Shown piece by piece: positions 20,082 to 29,981 of a stretch of 64,000 bases of DNA. Below the pieces are notes generated by a model that was not told the origin of the DNA, did no database searches, and saw only the letters and a program-made list of their open reading frames with translations. Origin of the DNA: Bdellovibrionota bacterium. GTDB taxonomy: Bacteria; Bdellovibrionota_C; UBA2361; JBIKUX01. Numbering within the stretch: position 1 is the first letter of the stretch; every line of letters starts with the position of its first letter. The stretch is from NCBI GenBank assembly GCA_044347345.1, contig JBIKUX010000007.1:32001-96000 (forward strand). Direction: 5' to 3'. A program made the translations under genes and the position numbers.

Positions 20082-20990
20082 ATGATTAGGACGTCTCCAG
20101 TAGTATGTTTCGGAGAAGTCCTGTGGGACTGTCTCCCCGACAAAAAAGTCCTAGGTGGCGCGCCCGCTAATGTAGCGGTGCGTTTATCACAGCTTGGTTT
20201 ACCAGCATTTCTGGTGAGCGCTGTAGGTGAGGATAATGCTGGCAGGGATATAATCAAAGAGCTCAGCGAGCTTGGAGTGGATACCCGGCATGTTCAATGT
20301 AATTCGCAAAAAACAGGAAGGGTCGAAGTAACGCTAAGTGACGACAAAAACCCGCGGTTTGTTATTGAACAAGATGTTGCTTACGACTATATAAGACCTG
20401 AAGTTGAGCTTGAAGCGCTGCTGTCATCTTGCTCAGTCCTAGTATTCGGCACACTTGCGCAAAGGTCCCCGCAAACGGCATCGACACTATTTTGGCTTAT
20501 GGAGAGAGCTCCTCAAGCGACTAAAGTTCTGGACGTAAATCTTCGAAAAGACTGCTACAGCGCAGAGTCAATCAAAAAATCTCTCGAAGCCACCGATATA
20601 GTAAAGCTTAACGAGACAGAACTTCTCATTCTGTCTGATCTTCTTAAAATTTCGTCTGATCGCGGACATCATAATTTTCTGAAGCTACTAAATGAGCAGT
20701 TTTCTTTGCAAGGTTCGATTCTTACCCGCGGTGAAAAGGGAGTCTTCTGCCTTACCAAAGAAAACCAGGAAATAGTTGTACCGGCTAAATCCATCTCCGT
20801 TGTTGACACTATCGGAGCTGGCGATGCCTTCACCGCTGGACTGGCGAGCGGCCTGTACCACAAGTTTTCTTTGGAGCGATGCTGTATGATTGGAAATGAA
20901 ATGGGTGCCGCTGCCGCACAATCCGAAGGTGGCACCGGGAGGCTGCCAAAAGATTTCGATATACCAGCTCTCTTCGAAAAGGTTGATTAA
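20082..20990 (+). CDS. PfkB-family carbohydrate kinase (fructokinase-like)
   Basis: FGEVLWD, GGAPANVA, DVNLR, KLNETEL, VDTIGAGDAF. Confidence 0.9.
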   Translation: MIRTSPVVCFGEVLWDCLPDKKVLGGAPANVAVRLSQLGLPAFLVSAVGEDNAGRDIIKELSELGVDTRHVQCNSQKTGRVEVTLSDDKNPRFVIEQDVAYDYIRPEVELEALLSSCSVLVFGTLAQRSPQTASTLFWLMERAPQATKVLDVNLRKDCYSAESIKKSLEATDIVKLNETELLILSDLLKISSDRGHHNFLKLLNEQFSLQGSILTRGEKGVFCLTKENQEIVVPAKSISVVDTIGAGDAFTAGLASGLYHKFSLERCCMIGNEMGAAAAQSEGGTGRLPKDFDIPALFEKVD

Positions 20991-21209
20991 GAGCAGATCA
21001 TCCAACTATTTTCCGGCGCAGATGTGAGCCTTTAGAAGTGGTGACACTATAGAACCCGAGGTGGCTTCACCCACCGAGCTTTAGGTTCGGTGCAACCTTC
21101 ATAATCAAACATATCCCCACTGCACTGGCATCCCCGCCAAAAACATCCCACCTAATAATGGCATTAACGCCATTTCTTCCCCCCTTTTTTTGGTACACTG
21201 CCCAGTATG

Positions 21210-22571
21210 TAGCGGGAAATACTTACGAGCTTAGAACTTTGGCGGGCGGGCTCCTTTGGGGGTTCGAAAGCCTCTGGTTCTGCGCGGGGCGCGGCAGACG
21301 GGGAAGTCGTTTATTGTGCACGCCTTTGGCAGCCAGGCGTACCGCAAAGTGCATGTGGTCGACTTTCGCGTCTAACGTAACTTGCGCGAAGTGTTTCAGC
21401 ATACGCTCGAGCCAGCATCTATCCTCCGTTAGCTCGAATTCACGTTAAATGAAACAATCGACCCGTCCCAAGACTTGGTCTTTTTTGATGAAATCCAAGA
21501 CGCGCCGGGGGCGGCTGCCCGGGGGTCTGTAGGCTCGTTTAAGTATTTTAAGGAGAACGCGCCCGAGCTACACATCATCGGGGCTGGTTCTCATATCGGC
21601 CTTACCAAAAATGAGGAGCCTTTTCCCGTCGGTGCAGTGTCTTTTTTGACTATGTATCCGATGTCTTTCTATGAGTTTCTCAAGGCTATTTAGAATCGGG
21701 TGCTGCCGGAGTTAGAGTCCATCTCGTTGACAGCGCTCAAACCTATTCCAACGGTAATCCACCAGCACCTCCTCAGTCGGTGGCGTGAGTATCTTGTGGT
21801 GAGTGGATTGCCCCGGAAGGTCGTAGCCACCTACATTGCGATGAACGCTGCAAGCCCGTTAGAGCGATTTAACGCAGTGCGCGAGAAACAGTATGCTCTC
21901 ATCGAGGGATATCGCAGCGATTTTTCGAAACACTCAGGAACGGTCAATGCCAATCATATCGACCACGTTTTCACGGCAGTTCCGCATCAACTCTCAACGT
22001 CGCTCGATACTTCGGCCAAACGATTCCAGTTTGCCGGGATAATTCCCCAACAAGCCCGCTTTCGAAATTTAAGGGATCCGATCGGCTGGTACAAAAAAGC
22101 CCGGCTTGTCATCCCCACACTGATTGCCAATTCTGGCGAGCAACCACTTACGCACACACATTGCTGAGAATCAATTTAAGCTCTATCTGTTCGACATCGT
22201 CTTGTTGCATGCCATGCTACAGGTTCCAATCGCCCTGTTGCTGCACAACGAGCTAAGCTCATATTAGAAAGGCTTTATCGTTAGAAAACTTTGTTGCTCA
22301 AGAGTTGCTCCAAGGCAATGAGGACGACCTTATCACTTGGCAACAAGGCGAGGCTGAAGTGGAATTTCCTGGGGTGGAATTTCTTACCCACAGCCCCTTA
22401 GGCGATGTAATACCTATAGAGGTCAAATCATCGGAACGGAGCCGCAAAGCAAAAAGCCTCGACTCATTTATTACTCGCTATAAACCGAATCAGGCCTATA
22501 AGATCACCGACCAAAATATCGGGGTAACATCGGGTAAGGTGATTACAACTCTGCCTGCTGCATCTGGCTAG
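21210..22571 (+). pseudogene. AAA_14/DUF4143 ATPase pseudogene
   Basis: KPLVLRGARQTGKS (21268), FFDEIQ, FPVGAV…MYPMSFYEFL, FKLYLFD, IPIEVKS; broken by frameshifts and TAG stops. Confidence 0.85.
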
Positions 22572-22599
22572 GTTATTGCGAAGTCACGGCTAAGTACAT

Positions 22600-23001
22600 C
22601 GGCTAACTACCCTCCCCACTCATACATACTCGGCACAAGCGCCTTCAAAAACACCTCGACGGGTAAACCTCACACCATCAACTGTAAGCATCTCGTCACC
22701 GCGATACAAACAGAAACGCTGCGCTTCTGGATACGCCTTGCCGAACGCATGTAATCCTTTGAGATCTGAAACAATCAAGGAGGCGAGAATGTTTAACCTC
22801 TATCGCGACGAAAAGGTTTGAGCCGTGCACTATAAAGTCAACTTCTAGGCCAGACTGTGTGCGCCAGAAAGTAGCTGTATGAGGCTCAAGTAAATACGCT
22901 GACCATGCCCACAGATGTTGGGCTACAAGCCCTTCTAGCGCGGCCCTGGCCATGAGTGAATTAAATATCCCGGCATCAAAGAGATAGAACTTAGTGGTGG
23001 G
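22600..23001 (-). pseudogene. C-terminal DUF4143 fragment of a second ATPase, truncated by an IS91 remnant
   Basis: KFYLFDAG…LEGLVAQHL…FWRTQSGLEVDFIV…AIEVK. Confidence 0.8.
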
Positions 23002-23353
23002 GCTGGCTGGCACGCAGTGCACCGCGCTTTTGAGCAGTGCACCGCGCTTTTGAGCAACCATGCTCGAGCACTACGCAGTCAAGGTATGAATGAAGCACTT
23101 CACGTACTTCATCGCGTAATGCTTCCGTACTGCTGCTGGAACCGCTCCTCCCACCACCATTCAAGTTGCTCGTGACAGTGGTACACAAGTCGGTAAAGGA
23201 CTGTATCAGTTGTGGGGCACGCCTGCGGTACCGCGAGCCGCGGGAACAACAAAATCACGGGAAGGTAAGTTCGGTGCAGGCGAGACCATACCGAACAAGA
23301 ATCGACAACTCCAAGAATGAATTGCTTGAGACGGGAGCTATATTCGACGGCAT
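23002..23353 (-). mobile_element. Inverted copy of the IS91-like 5' fragment (matches 12725-13059)
   Basis: Reverse complement is nearly identical to 12725-13059, with an extra 20-bp tandem duplication (AGTGCACCGCGCTTTTGAGC). Confidence 0.9.
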
Positions 23354-23627
23354 GGTTAAATAGCCGGTAAGACGTCAATATTAATCGATTTGGCGTCCAA
23401 TTTATTCAGTAGTTTCATTAGGAGAAAAATTGGGATGATTGATACAGCGTTAGTTTCGGGGGGAGCAATTCGAGGTCTAGGAGCATCGAAATCGAGCTAC
23501 CAGACCACATGAGTTACGTGACGTGAAAGAAAAATCATAACCCCACTGATTTCAGCAGTCTTAGCTACTGGTGTAGGCGTTAGTGGGAGGTAAGGTAAGA
23601 TGAGGGGAATAAAATAAACAATCCCCC

Positions 23628-23915
23628 CTACTCCATGCAACGCTCCGGCAATGGCGGCGGCGGGAAAATACCCATTCTTACGTGCCAGTATGCCCAGGAG
23701 CGGGGGTCGATAATGCCCGCTGGAGCAGCGCGAAGGGCTGCCCGAAACTCATCGTCGCTTACATGCGCCCGGATACTTTTCATATCCTCATGAGTTGCAT
23801 AGCGCATGGCATACGCGAGAAATCGCACGGGTTGCGCAATCGCGACCATTGGCTCCTCAAACCAAATAATTCTGCGACTGATGGCAAGCAGTTCGGGGGT
23901 CGCTGGCAGATGCAT
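23628..23915 (-). CDS. Small conserved protein, probable antitoxin partner of the AbiEii-type gene
   Basis: RRIIWFEEP…RFLAYAM…APAGIIDPRSWAYWH; abuts the NTase stop codon. Confidence 0.7.
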   Translation of the reverse strand: MHLPATPELLAISRRIIWFEEPMVAIAQPVRFLAYAMRYATHEDMKSIRAHVSDDEFRAALRAAPAGIIDPRSWAYWHVRMGIFPPPPLPERCME

Positions 23916-24587
23916 CTAATCCTCATCTCCCTTGTCAGGAGTCTTAAGCACGGAGAGCACAGGGATCTTGTCTAGTTCGGTATTATGCACCGCTTCGATA
24001 AGTCGAACTTTTAGCTCGTGCGGCAGCGACATTAGTGATTCTTCCTCGAAGTAGCAGAGGGCTTTAAGAGCACTTTGCGGAGCAAACGTATGCCCATACA
24101 GTGCTTGGCCTGCTGCAAGTATAGCAGGCAGTGCAATCCCGTGAGTAATCAGTGCGTCTATATCAATATAGTCTTTCGCCTCTGCCCGTTTCTGCACAAC
24201 TGCAGCCTTTGTTCCGGCAATATCAAGCAACGAAGCAACTCTCAATTGATTGTCTGGCGCAAACAAGGGGGGGCGCAGCAACGGCAGATGAGGCACGCCA
24301 AAGAAAGAGAGCTTTACCCACCCACCTCTTTCCACGCCGACGGTGAGAGTCTGCGGTGCCTTTTCCAAAATCGTCGCACCTTGCAGCAGCTCGAGAGCGA
24401 GCACTTCATCTGGATCAATTAATCTTGTGCCGAAAAAATTAAAATCAATAGACTCCCGATGCCCAAGATGAAGAGCAAGAGCGGTACCACCGTAAAGAGT
24501 GAACCATGGCGGAATCGCAACTAGCTCATGCCAAAGTTCTCTTTGGGGCGTAGGAAGTATCTGTAGCTGCGGAAGAAATGGTGCCAT
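23916..24587 (-). CDS. Nucleotidyltransferase AbiEii/AbiGii toxin-family protein
   Basis: LYGGTALALHLGHRESIDFNFF, KAAVVQKRAEAKDYID, ALCYF; ATG at 24587. Confidence 0.88.
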   Translation of the reverse strand: MAPFLPQLQILPTPQRELWHELVAIPPWFTLYGGTALALHLGHRESIDFNFFGTRLIDPDEVLALELLQGATILEKAPQTLTVGVERGGWVKLSFFGVPHLPLLRPPLFAPDNQLRVASLLDIAGTKAAVVQKRAEAKDYIDIDALITHGIALPAILAAGQALYGHTFAPQSALKALCYFEEESLMSLPHELKVRLIEAVHNTELDKIPVLSVLKTPDKGDED

Positions 24588-24655
24588 CGCCGCAAAGTAT
24601 ACTTCGTCTGTGGCCAGCGAGGCTAGATCGGAAGCCGCGCGTATTAAACCTTTGC

Positions 24656-24799
24656 GACTTTGAACCTCTAAGTCTCTGAGGGAAAGAGGTGGGGGGAAAG
24701 AGGTGGGGCTGAGGCGATACTCTTTATACCATCCGAAATGCCTTTCCGCCTGTAAGAACAACCTCGCGGGCCATACTAGTTCCGGAATTTTGCAAGAGC
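24656..24799. repeat. Composite repeat X+Y; X recurs at 30172-30253 and Y at 31272-31364
   Basis: Y is 93 bp with one mismatch at offset 6565. X is GACTTTGAACCTC…CTCTAAGTCTCTGAGGGAAAGAGGTGG. Y ends in TTTTGCAAGAGC, an IS-end-like motif. Confidence 0.9.
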
Positions 24800-24911
24800 C
24801 TTCCTAATTAAACAAGTTTTTCAGATTTTCGGCCTACTTACTAACAAGAAGGGGGATTTTAGGTAAATATTGCTATAAAAAGAAAGCCCTTCATCACTGT
24901 ATTCGCCTTTT

Positions 24912-25802
24912 CTATTTCGCCGTCCAACACGATCGTAACGTTGCAATGACTTCGCCGTGGACGTTACCGAGTAGATCGTTGTGTCCGACGGCATCTTTAC
25001 GGAGAAATGTGGTACGCACAGAAGAATGTGCGGAGCGTAGGATTGATTCGCTGTGATGCGCGCCGATTATTCTATCCGCTGTACCATGAGCAATAATGGC
25101 GCACGCATCACGGAGCTGCGCTACATACTGGGCAGTCGGAAATTCATACCAAAGGAACGGCGCAAGGTGACCAATAAGTGCTGTTTCCGCTACCAGTTCT
25201 CCCAGGTGAGCATACGGCGCAAGCAGGATGATCCCGCCTGCCTGGTATTTGCCAGCCACATACGCAGCTACCCCTGTGCCTATTGAGTTACCGACGACCA
25301 GGAGCTGCTTGGCTGATGAGAGAGGTTCACGCTTCGATACAAGCTCAAACGCCGCATCGGCATCAGCGTAGAAACCTTTCTCTGAAGGCCATCCAGAAAA
25401 CCGGCCATGGTACCCCCGATATTCAACCGAATAACTCGTCACTCCAGCAGCTGCGAGCCACCGCTGCAAAGCAACAAAACTGCCGAGTGATTCGGCATTA
25501 CCATGAAATAGGAGCGCAACCGTGGGAGGGGCCTCACCAATCCATGCCTCTTTTGCTGTATGACGCCACACATGAACCGTCGCACCGTCCAAGGCCGTAG
25601 TAGACAGCGCCTCAACATCGGCAGGGGGGACACTCATTTGGTTAATCACCGAGCCAGTATACAGCCCGGGGAACAGGTGAAAGTCCTGGGTAACGACAAA
25701 GAATATCGCCATGACCACCGTCGCGATGCTACCGCGAAGCAGCACGAGTGGTGCCTGACGAAGGGCCCGAGCAAAAAAGCGTGGAGGAAGAACGATAGAC
25801 AT
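24912..25802 (-). CDS. Alpha/beta hydrolase (BEM46/ABHD13-like)
   Basis: N-terminal TM, LFHGNAE, EYRGY, PSEKG, nucleophile GNSIG, HGTADRII, GHND. Confidence 0.88.
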   Translation of the reverse strand: MSIVLPPRFFARALRQAPLVLLRGSIATVVMAIFFVVTQDFHLFPGLYTGSVINQMSVPPADVEALSTTALDGATVHVWRHTAKEAWIGEAPPTVALLFHGNAESLGSFVALQRWLAAAGVTSYSVEYRGYHGRFSGWPSEKGFYADADAAFELVSKREPLSSAKQLLVVGNSIGTGVAAYVAGKYQAGGIILLAPYAHLGELVAETALIGHLAPFLWYEFPTAQYVAQLRDACAIIAHGTADRIIGAHHSESILRSAHSSVRTTFLRKDAVGHNDLLGNVHGEVIATLRSCWTAK

Positions 25803-26488
25803 TCGGCTCCGCCTTATAAGAAGAATAGCAGAGTCAGCCACGCTGTGGTGCGAATCATTCCGTTGCTGTTTTGATTTACTAACACGCCTGATTGATTCGA
25901 TTATTACTTAGCTGACCCCTTATTTAGACAGCAATCGATCCTTTCCTGTGTTCTGCCGATCGTGTGATCCTCCACTCATGATTGAAAAAGTGAGCTGCCT
26001 GCCGTGCGAGTAGGGCTTAGAAGAATTGGGGACACAGGCTAGTGTCTCTAATCTAAGATACTAATATGAGATACTAATATGAGACACCCAGATTAGCACT
26101 TAGAAAAAAATATAATCACAAATTTTTAGTGGGTTAGCCGAAAACGGGGCGTCGTTCTACAAAAACCGCCGAAGTCAGAAAAAAAACCAAGCGATCCGAC
26201 GACCAAGCAACCGATTGCTCCGAATTTGAAAATAGACTGCCACGCGTCGCCGCCGTACCTTTGTATTATCGCACTATTAAGTGAGCGTAGGTTCTCTTGC
26301 TCGACTAGCTATATTGACCCCATCCTGATGTTAGAAATTGCGGAAAATCCGAATAAAAAAAGTATGCAACTACTAAAGAAATTACAGCTATTTTTTTTTG
26401 AGTTCTCGCGCCTCTTTCTCTCAAAGGCGCCGTCTAAAAAAAAGCGATCAGCCAGAGTAACCGGTGTGGCCCAGAGGCAGCAACGGTT

Positions 26489-27679
26489 TTAGCCAATCAA
26501 CCCTTCAAAAAGCTCTTTGGGAGATTCAGCAGAGAGTAATCTATCTCCAATCTCTCGGGTGATGAGCAGCGTCTTCGACTCTGGATATTCCTGCTTAAAG
26601 GCATTGAGCCCTTTGTAACCCGCATCTTTTCCCGACTTGATCTCAACCGCACAGGTAAATTTCGGACTCTCGACAACAACATCAACATCCTGTCGGGAGT
26701 TAGACCAATAGTGAAGTTGATACTCCATGGTGTTAAATAGCGAGATCATCGCCGCCTCGTACACGTGACCGAACCATGCGCTGTCATGGCGTATTTTGGT
26801 GGGGTCATTTAGCCCATGAATCAGAGCACTCGCAAGAGGAATAATTTTTGGGCTTGATGTTCGTTGTCGTATTTTACCACCGGAGTATCGATAAAGAAGC
26901 TTGAGTAGAAAGCCTTTCTCCATGAGCTCGAGGTAGTTCTTGATGGTAGATGAAGCGGACTTTTCATTCAGTTGCCCTACCAATTTCGAGAAGGAGATCT
27001 CCTGACAGGGGAGAGAAAGGACAATGTGCAGCAACTGCCTAAAGACAGCCGTATTGATAACTGGCCGGAGAGAAAAAATATCTTTGGTGATAATCGGCTC
27101 TATGATGGCGTCTCTAATGAAATTTGAGCACCGCTCAAACTCCTGACTGGATCTCTTCTTCAGCAACTCACCTAGTATCGGATAGCCACCAAAGGTTAGG
27201 TAATCATACAGGTTCCATTGGTAGAGCGAACTCATTTCATAATGACTCCAGTGTGGAGCCTTTATGAGTTCAAAACGACCAAGCAGGCTCTCTTCGCCTT
27301 GCAGCAAAAGATCGAGGTTGGAAGAACCCAAGATAACGACGCTTAACTCTCTTCTGCTTCTCTCTTCGTCATACAGCTCTTTGATCAGCGGTGCCCACCC
27401 AGAAACGTTCTGTATTTCATCGAATGCGATTATTTTATGTCCAGGAATCCTTTTAATCTGTTCCCATTCAAACCGTATAGTTTGATGAGGATCAGAACCA
27501 GGGTTATCAAACTGCACATACCTTGCACGATCAGGAAAGGTCTGTAGAAGCGTCTTAATGGCTGTGGTCTTTCCCACCTGTCTTGGGCCACACAAAACCT
27601 GAATCAGTGGCGTGAAAGACGTCAGACGCTCTTCCAATATCCCGTAGAATTGTCTAGTAAAAACAGCTTGTTTTGCCAT
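26489..27679 (-). CDS. AAA_14/DUF4143 ATP-binding protein (intact)
   Basis: GPRQVGKT, FDEIQ, LGSS, ESLLGR, FGGYP, YWSN…DVDVV…AVEIKSG. Confidence 0.92.
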   Translation of the reverse strand: MAKQAVFTRQFYGILEERLTSFTPLIQVLCGPRQVGKTTAIKTLLQTFPDRARYVQFDNPGSDPHQTIRFEWEQIKRIPGHKIIAFDEIQNVSGWAPLIKELYDEERSRRELSVVILGSSNLDLLLQGEESLLGRFELIKAPHWSHYEMSSLYQWNLYDYLTFGGYPILGELLKKRSSQEFERCSNFIRDAIIEPIITKDIFSLRPVINTAVFRQLLHIVLSLPCQEISFSKLVGQLNEKSASSTIKNYLELMEKGFLLKLLYRYSGGKIRQRTSSPKIIPLASALIHGLNDPTKIRHDSAWFGHVYEAAMISLFNTMEYQLHYWSNSRQDVDVVVESPKFTCAVEIKSGKDAGYKGLNAFKQEYPESKTLLITREIGDRLLSAESPKELFEGLIG

Positions 27680-27682
27680 AAC

Positions 27683-27734
27683 TGCAAAATAGTAAAATAC
27701 ATCTCACTATTTTGCAAGATATATCTTACTATTT
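27683..27734. promoter_or_regulatory. Operator-like palindrome directly upstream of the AAA/DUF4143 start
   Basis: TGCAAAATAGT-N12-ACTATTTTGCA (perfect 11-bp arms) plus a third half-site ATCTTACTATTT. Confidence 0.6.
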
Positions 27735-27812
27735 AGGGAGCCAAAGGCTTTAGCGCCAGTAAAGCCTTCTTGTCTCCCCTCCCCCTCCCCTCTCTCGCCT
27801 CTTACTCCCTCG

Positions 27813-28195
27813 CCTCTTACTCTCAGGGATGTAGAGAAACCGAAGCGTACAGCTGTATGGCACACACAACTTCAATAATTATGACCTAAACACCTCTAGG
27901 TCTCTGAGAAAAAGAGACAAAAGAGAGCTTGCAGCTCCTGGCCTACTCTATGTTTTTGGTGTCCCGCCAGTTCGCGTCGACATACTCAACAATCTAACTG
28001 GTGCCCGCTTTGCAACAGCTTGGAAGAAGCGAGTAACTAAGAACATAGAAGGTGTGAAGGCAAAGATAGTCGGTAAAGGCTCGCTTATTAAGTTAAGCGG
28101 AATCACTTAGTAGACACGTTTGATGAGCCTAGCCCACGAACTGGTGGCTCGCTCGTACTAGGCTCATCGGTAGTAGTACTAGCTACCACCACCGC
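27813..28195. repeat. 383-bp direct repeat, copy 2
   Basis: Matches 12109-12491. Confidence 0.95.
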
Positions 28196-28350
28196 GGGGC
28201 TGACTAGAGATGCGAGCCTAGCTTGGCTTGGGCTTTCCTCGCCCCCCGCGCGTGCGAGCTGCGTCGTAGCCAAAGTATCGGGTAGTTGCCTCCCATCGGT
28301 CGGGGGGGAGATGTAAACCGAGAGCCTGGCAAGAAAGGTAAGCGGCTTAC
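28100..28350 (-). mobile_element. IS91-family transposase C-terminal remnant
   Basis: PLTFLARLSVYISPP, then a frameshift to RWEATTRYFGYDAARTRG, then the SWARLIKRVY tail. Confidence 0.75.
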
Positions 28351-28439
28351 CCTGCCATAACACGACGCCTGCGGCGCTGCGCTAGGTAACGACTGCTACG
28401 CCGTCAGTCGAAAGCTTTGTGAGGGCAAGTGGCGCGGGT

Positions 28440-28667
28440 TCAAGGTAACGAGCCAAGAACTGGAGCTGCTAACTGCGAGCCGATAAACGTGCCGAGTAAT
28501 GCCCCGCCAATACCTAAAAAACTGGTGCCAACCAGTCCCATAGGGTCACGGCCTGGCATTAGAATTCGTGCGGCCAAGCCCACACCAAACCCCACCAAGG
28601 TAATAAAGAGGAGGCTTAAAGAAACTTGCTCCTGTAAAGATTCAATCAGTGCACGAATTTCTTCCAT
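28440..28667 (-). CDS. GlsB/YeaQ/YmgE (transglycosylase-associated) membrane protein, possibly truncated
   Basis: GFGVGLAARILMPGRDPMGLVGTSFLGIGGALLG. Confidence 0.7.
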   Translation of the reverse strand: MEEIRALIESLQEQVSLSLLFITLVGFGVGLAARILMPGRDPMGLVGTSFLGIGGALLGTFIGSQLAAPVLGSLP

Positions 28668-28955
28668 CGGTGGTTATCCAACTAGCAAGAATAACTAATA
28701 TTTAAACCGTTAGCACCGGACTATTTTTAGTGAGGCTGCTACCCAGAGCGACCAGGCTGTACAAAAAGATGTACCAGTTCGTAAGCAAACGCTGATTAGA
28801 GCAACAAAAATAGTGTAAGCGAGATAACGTATGCTGCCTACCATCCCACCACCCCGATAATATCCTCCCAAACCGGTCCATCTCAACATTCCCTAACTGG
28901 CACTAATACCAGGAGGAACCCCGTCTTCAACGTTACCGATATCCCCCGTAGTCCT

Positions 28956-29981
28956 TTGTTGCCAGCCGGTAGCGCCGCCCCAGATAACTTTTCACAAAAC
29001 AGTGAAATCTCGGGTATGACTCAAGTTAAAACCCCACAGGATCCGGAGTACTGGTGCGTTTCTGATGACAAGACCGAAATTCAAGTATTCTCAATCACAG
29101 CAGATGGTAAGCTTACCCTGCTGCGAGAAATTGACCCCTTTAGTGGTGACGAGGCGAAACGCCCTAAGTTCCCAGATTTCGAGGCATTAGCGGTCGTAGA
29201 CAACGCTTACGGCAATCCGCAAACAGTTATCATCTCAAGCGAGCCTAAATATGATAAGGAAACGAAAGCGCTGCTGGCACCGCAAACTTTCTACTCGTTA
29301 GATCTCTCTGATGGGTCGGTAACCACATACAGCCTGCCACTGGAATTAGAAGGCAAAAATGGCATAGAAGCAATCACGGTAATCGACTTGCCCGATGGCG
29401 AAAAGGCGATCGTCGCGATAACGGAAGATCCGCAAGGCCTCACGCACCAAGTGCTAACCTTACGCCTACCATCAATTACTAACCCAAACACTAAACTAAC
29501 TTTGCTAAACCAAGCAGAAATTGACCTTTCGGAGGTTCCCGCCGCTTTCGGGATAGACAACCCGGAGGAGAAGGTTATCCCGCAGATAAAAGAAGTATTT
29601 GCCGGCCCAGATGGCGACTTGAAATTTCTAGTTGGTTTATTCAACAAAGATTCAGACAACCCTAAGAATGCAAGTATTGTTTACTCGCTTAGCTTAGAGG
29701 GTGAGGCAAACAATGGGAAAACCGCCGAGACCGCTCCAAAGCTTGTGATTCACGACGAAGGGTTTGCTCCAAAAGAAGGTTTTTTTCCTGGGGTGCCGAC
29801 TATCGTGAATCCATGGTCAGACAATTACGAAGCTGCTGTTTATGGTCCGGATTGGGTTTTAAATCTGATTTCGGACAATAATTCTGACCCTAAGCAGGAC
29901 CAGAACCACCTTTGGGTTAATGATGCCCCTCAAGCCCCCAGAGCCCCCAGCGAGGCCTTAGTGAGTGCCTATGTATTATAA
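28956..29981 (+). CDS. Phytase-like (esterase-like activity of phytase) beta-propeller protein; true start probably further upstream
   Basis: SEISGM, CVSDD, DFEALA, GIEAIT, DNYEA, LISDNN motifs; frame stays open upstream of 28956. Confidence 0.65.
   Translation: MLPAGSAAPDNFSQNSEISGMTQVKTPQDPEYWCVSDDKTEIQVFSITADGKLTLLREIDPFSGDEAKRPKFPDFEALAVVDNAYGNPQTVIISSEPKYDKETKALLAPQTFYSLDLSDGSVTTYSLPLELEGKNGIEAITVIDLPDGEKAIVAITEDPQGLTHQVLTLRLPSITNPNTKLTLLNQAEIDLSEVPAAFGIDNPEEKVIPQIKEVFAGPDGDLKFLVGLFNKDSDNPKNASIVYSLSLEGEANNGKTAETAPKLVIHDEGFAPKEGFFPGVPTIVNPWSDNYEAAVYGPDWVLNLISDNNSDPKQDQNHLWVNDAPQAPRAPSEALVSAYVL

Noticed and set aside
24588-24761. N-terminal extension of the AbiEii ORF in the ORF track
   Set aside because: It runs through the non-coding X+Y repeat; family similarity begins at ATG 24587.
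26226-26492. 88-aa plus-strand ORF and the many short antisense ORFs in the track
   Set aside because: No RBS or motif support; most are shadows of well-supported genes on the opposite strand.
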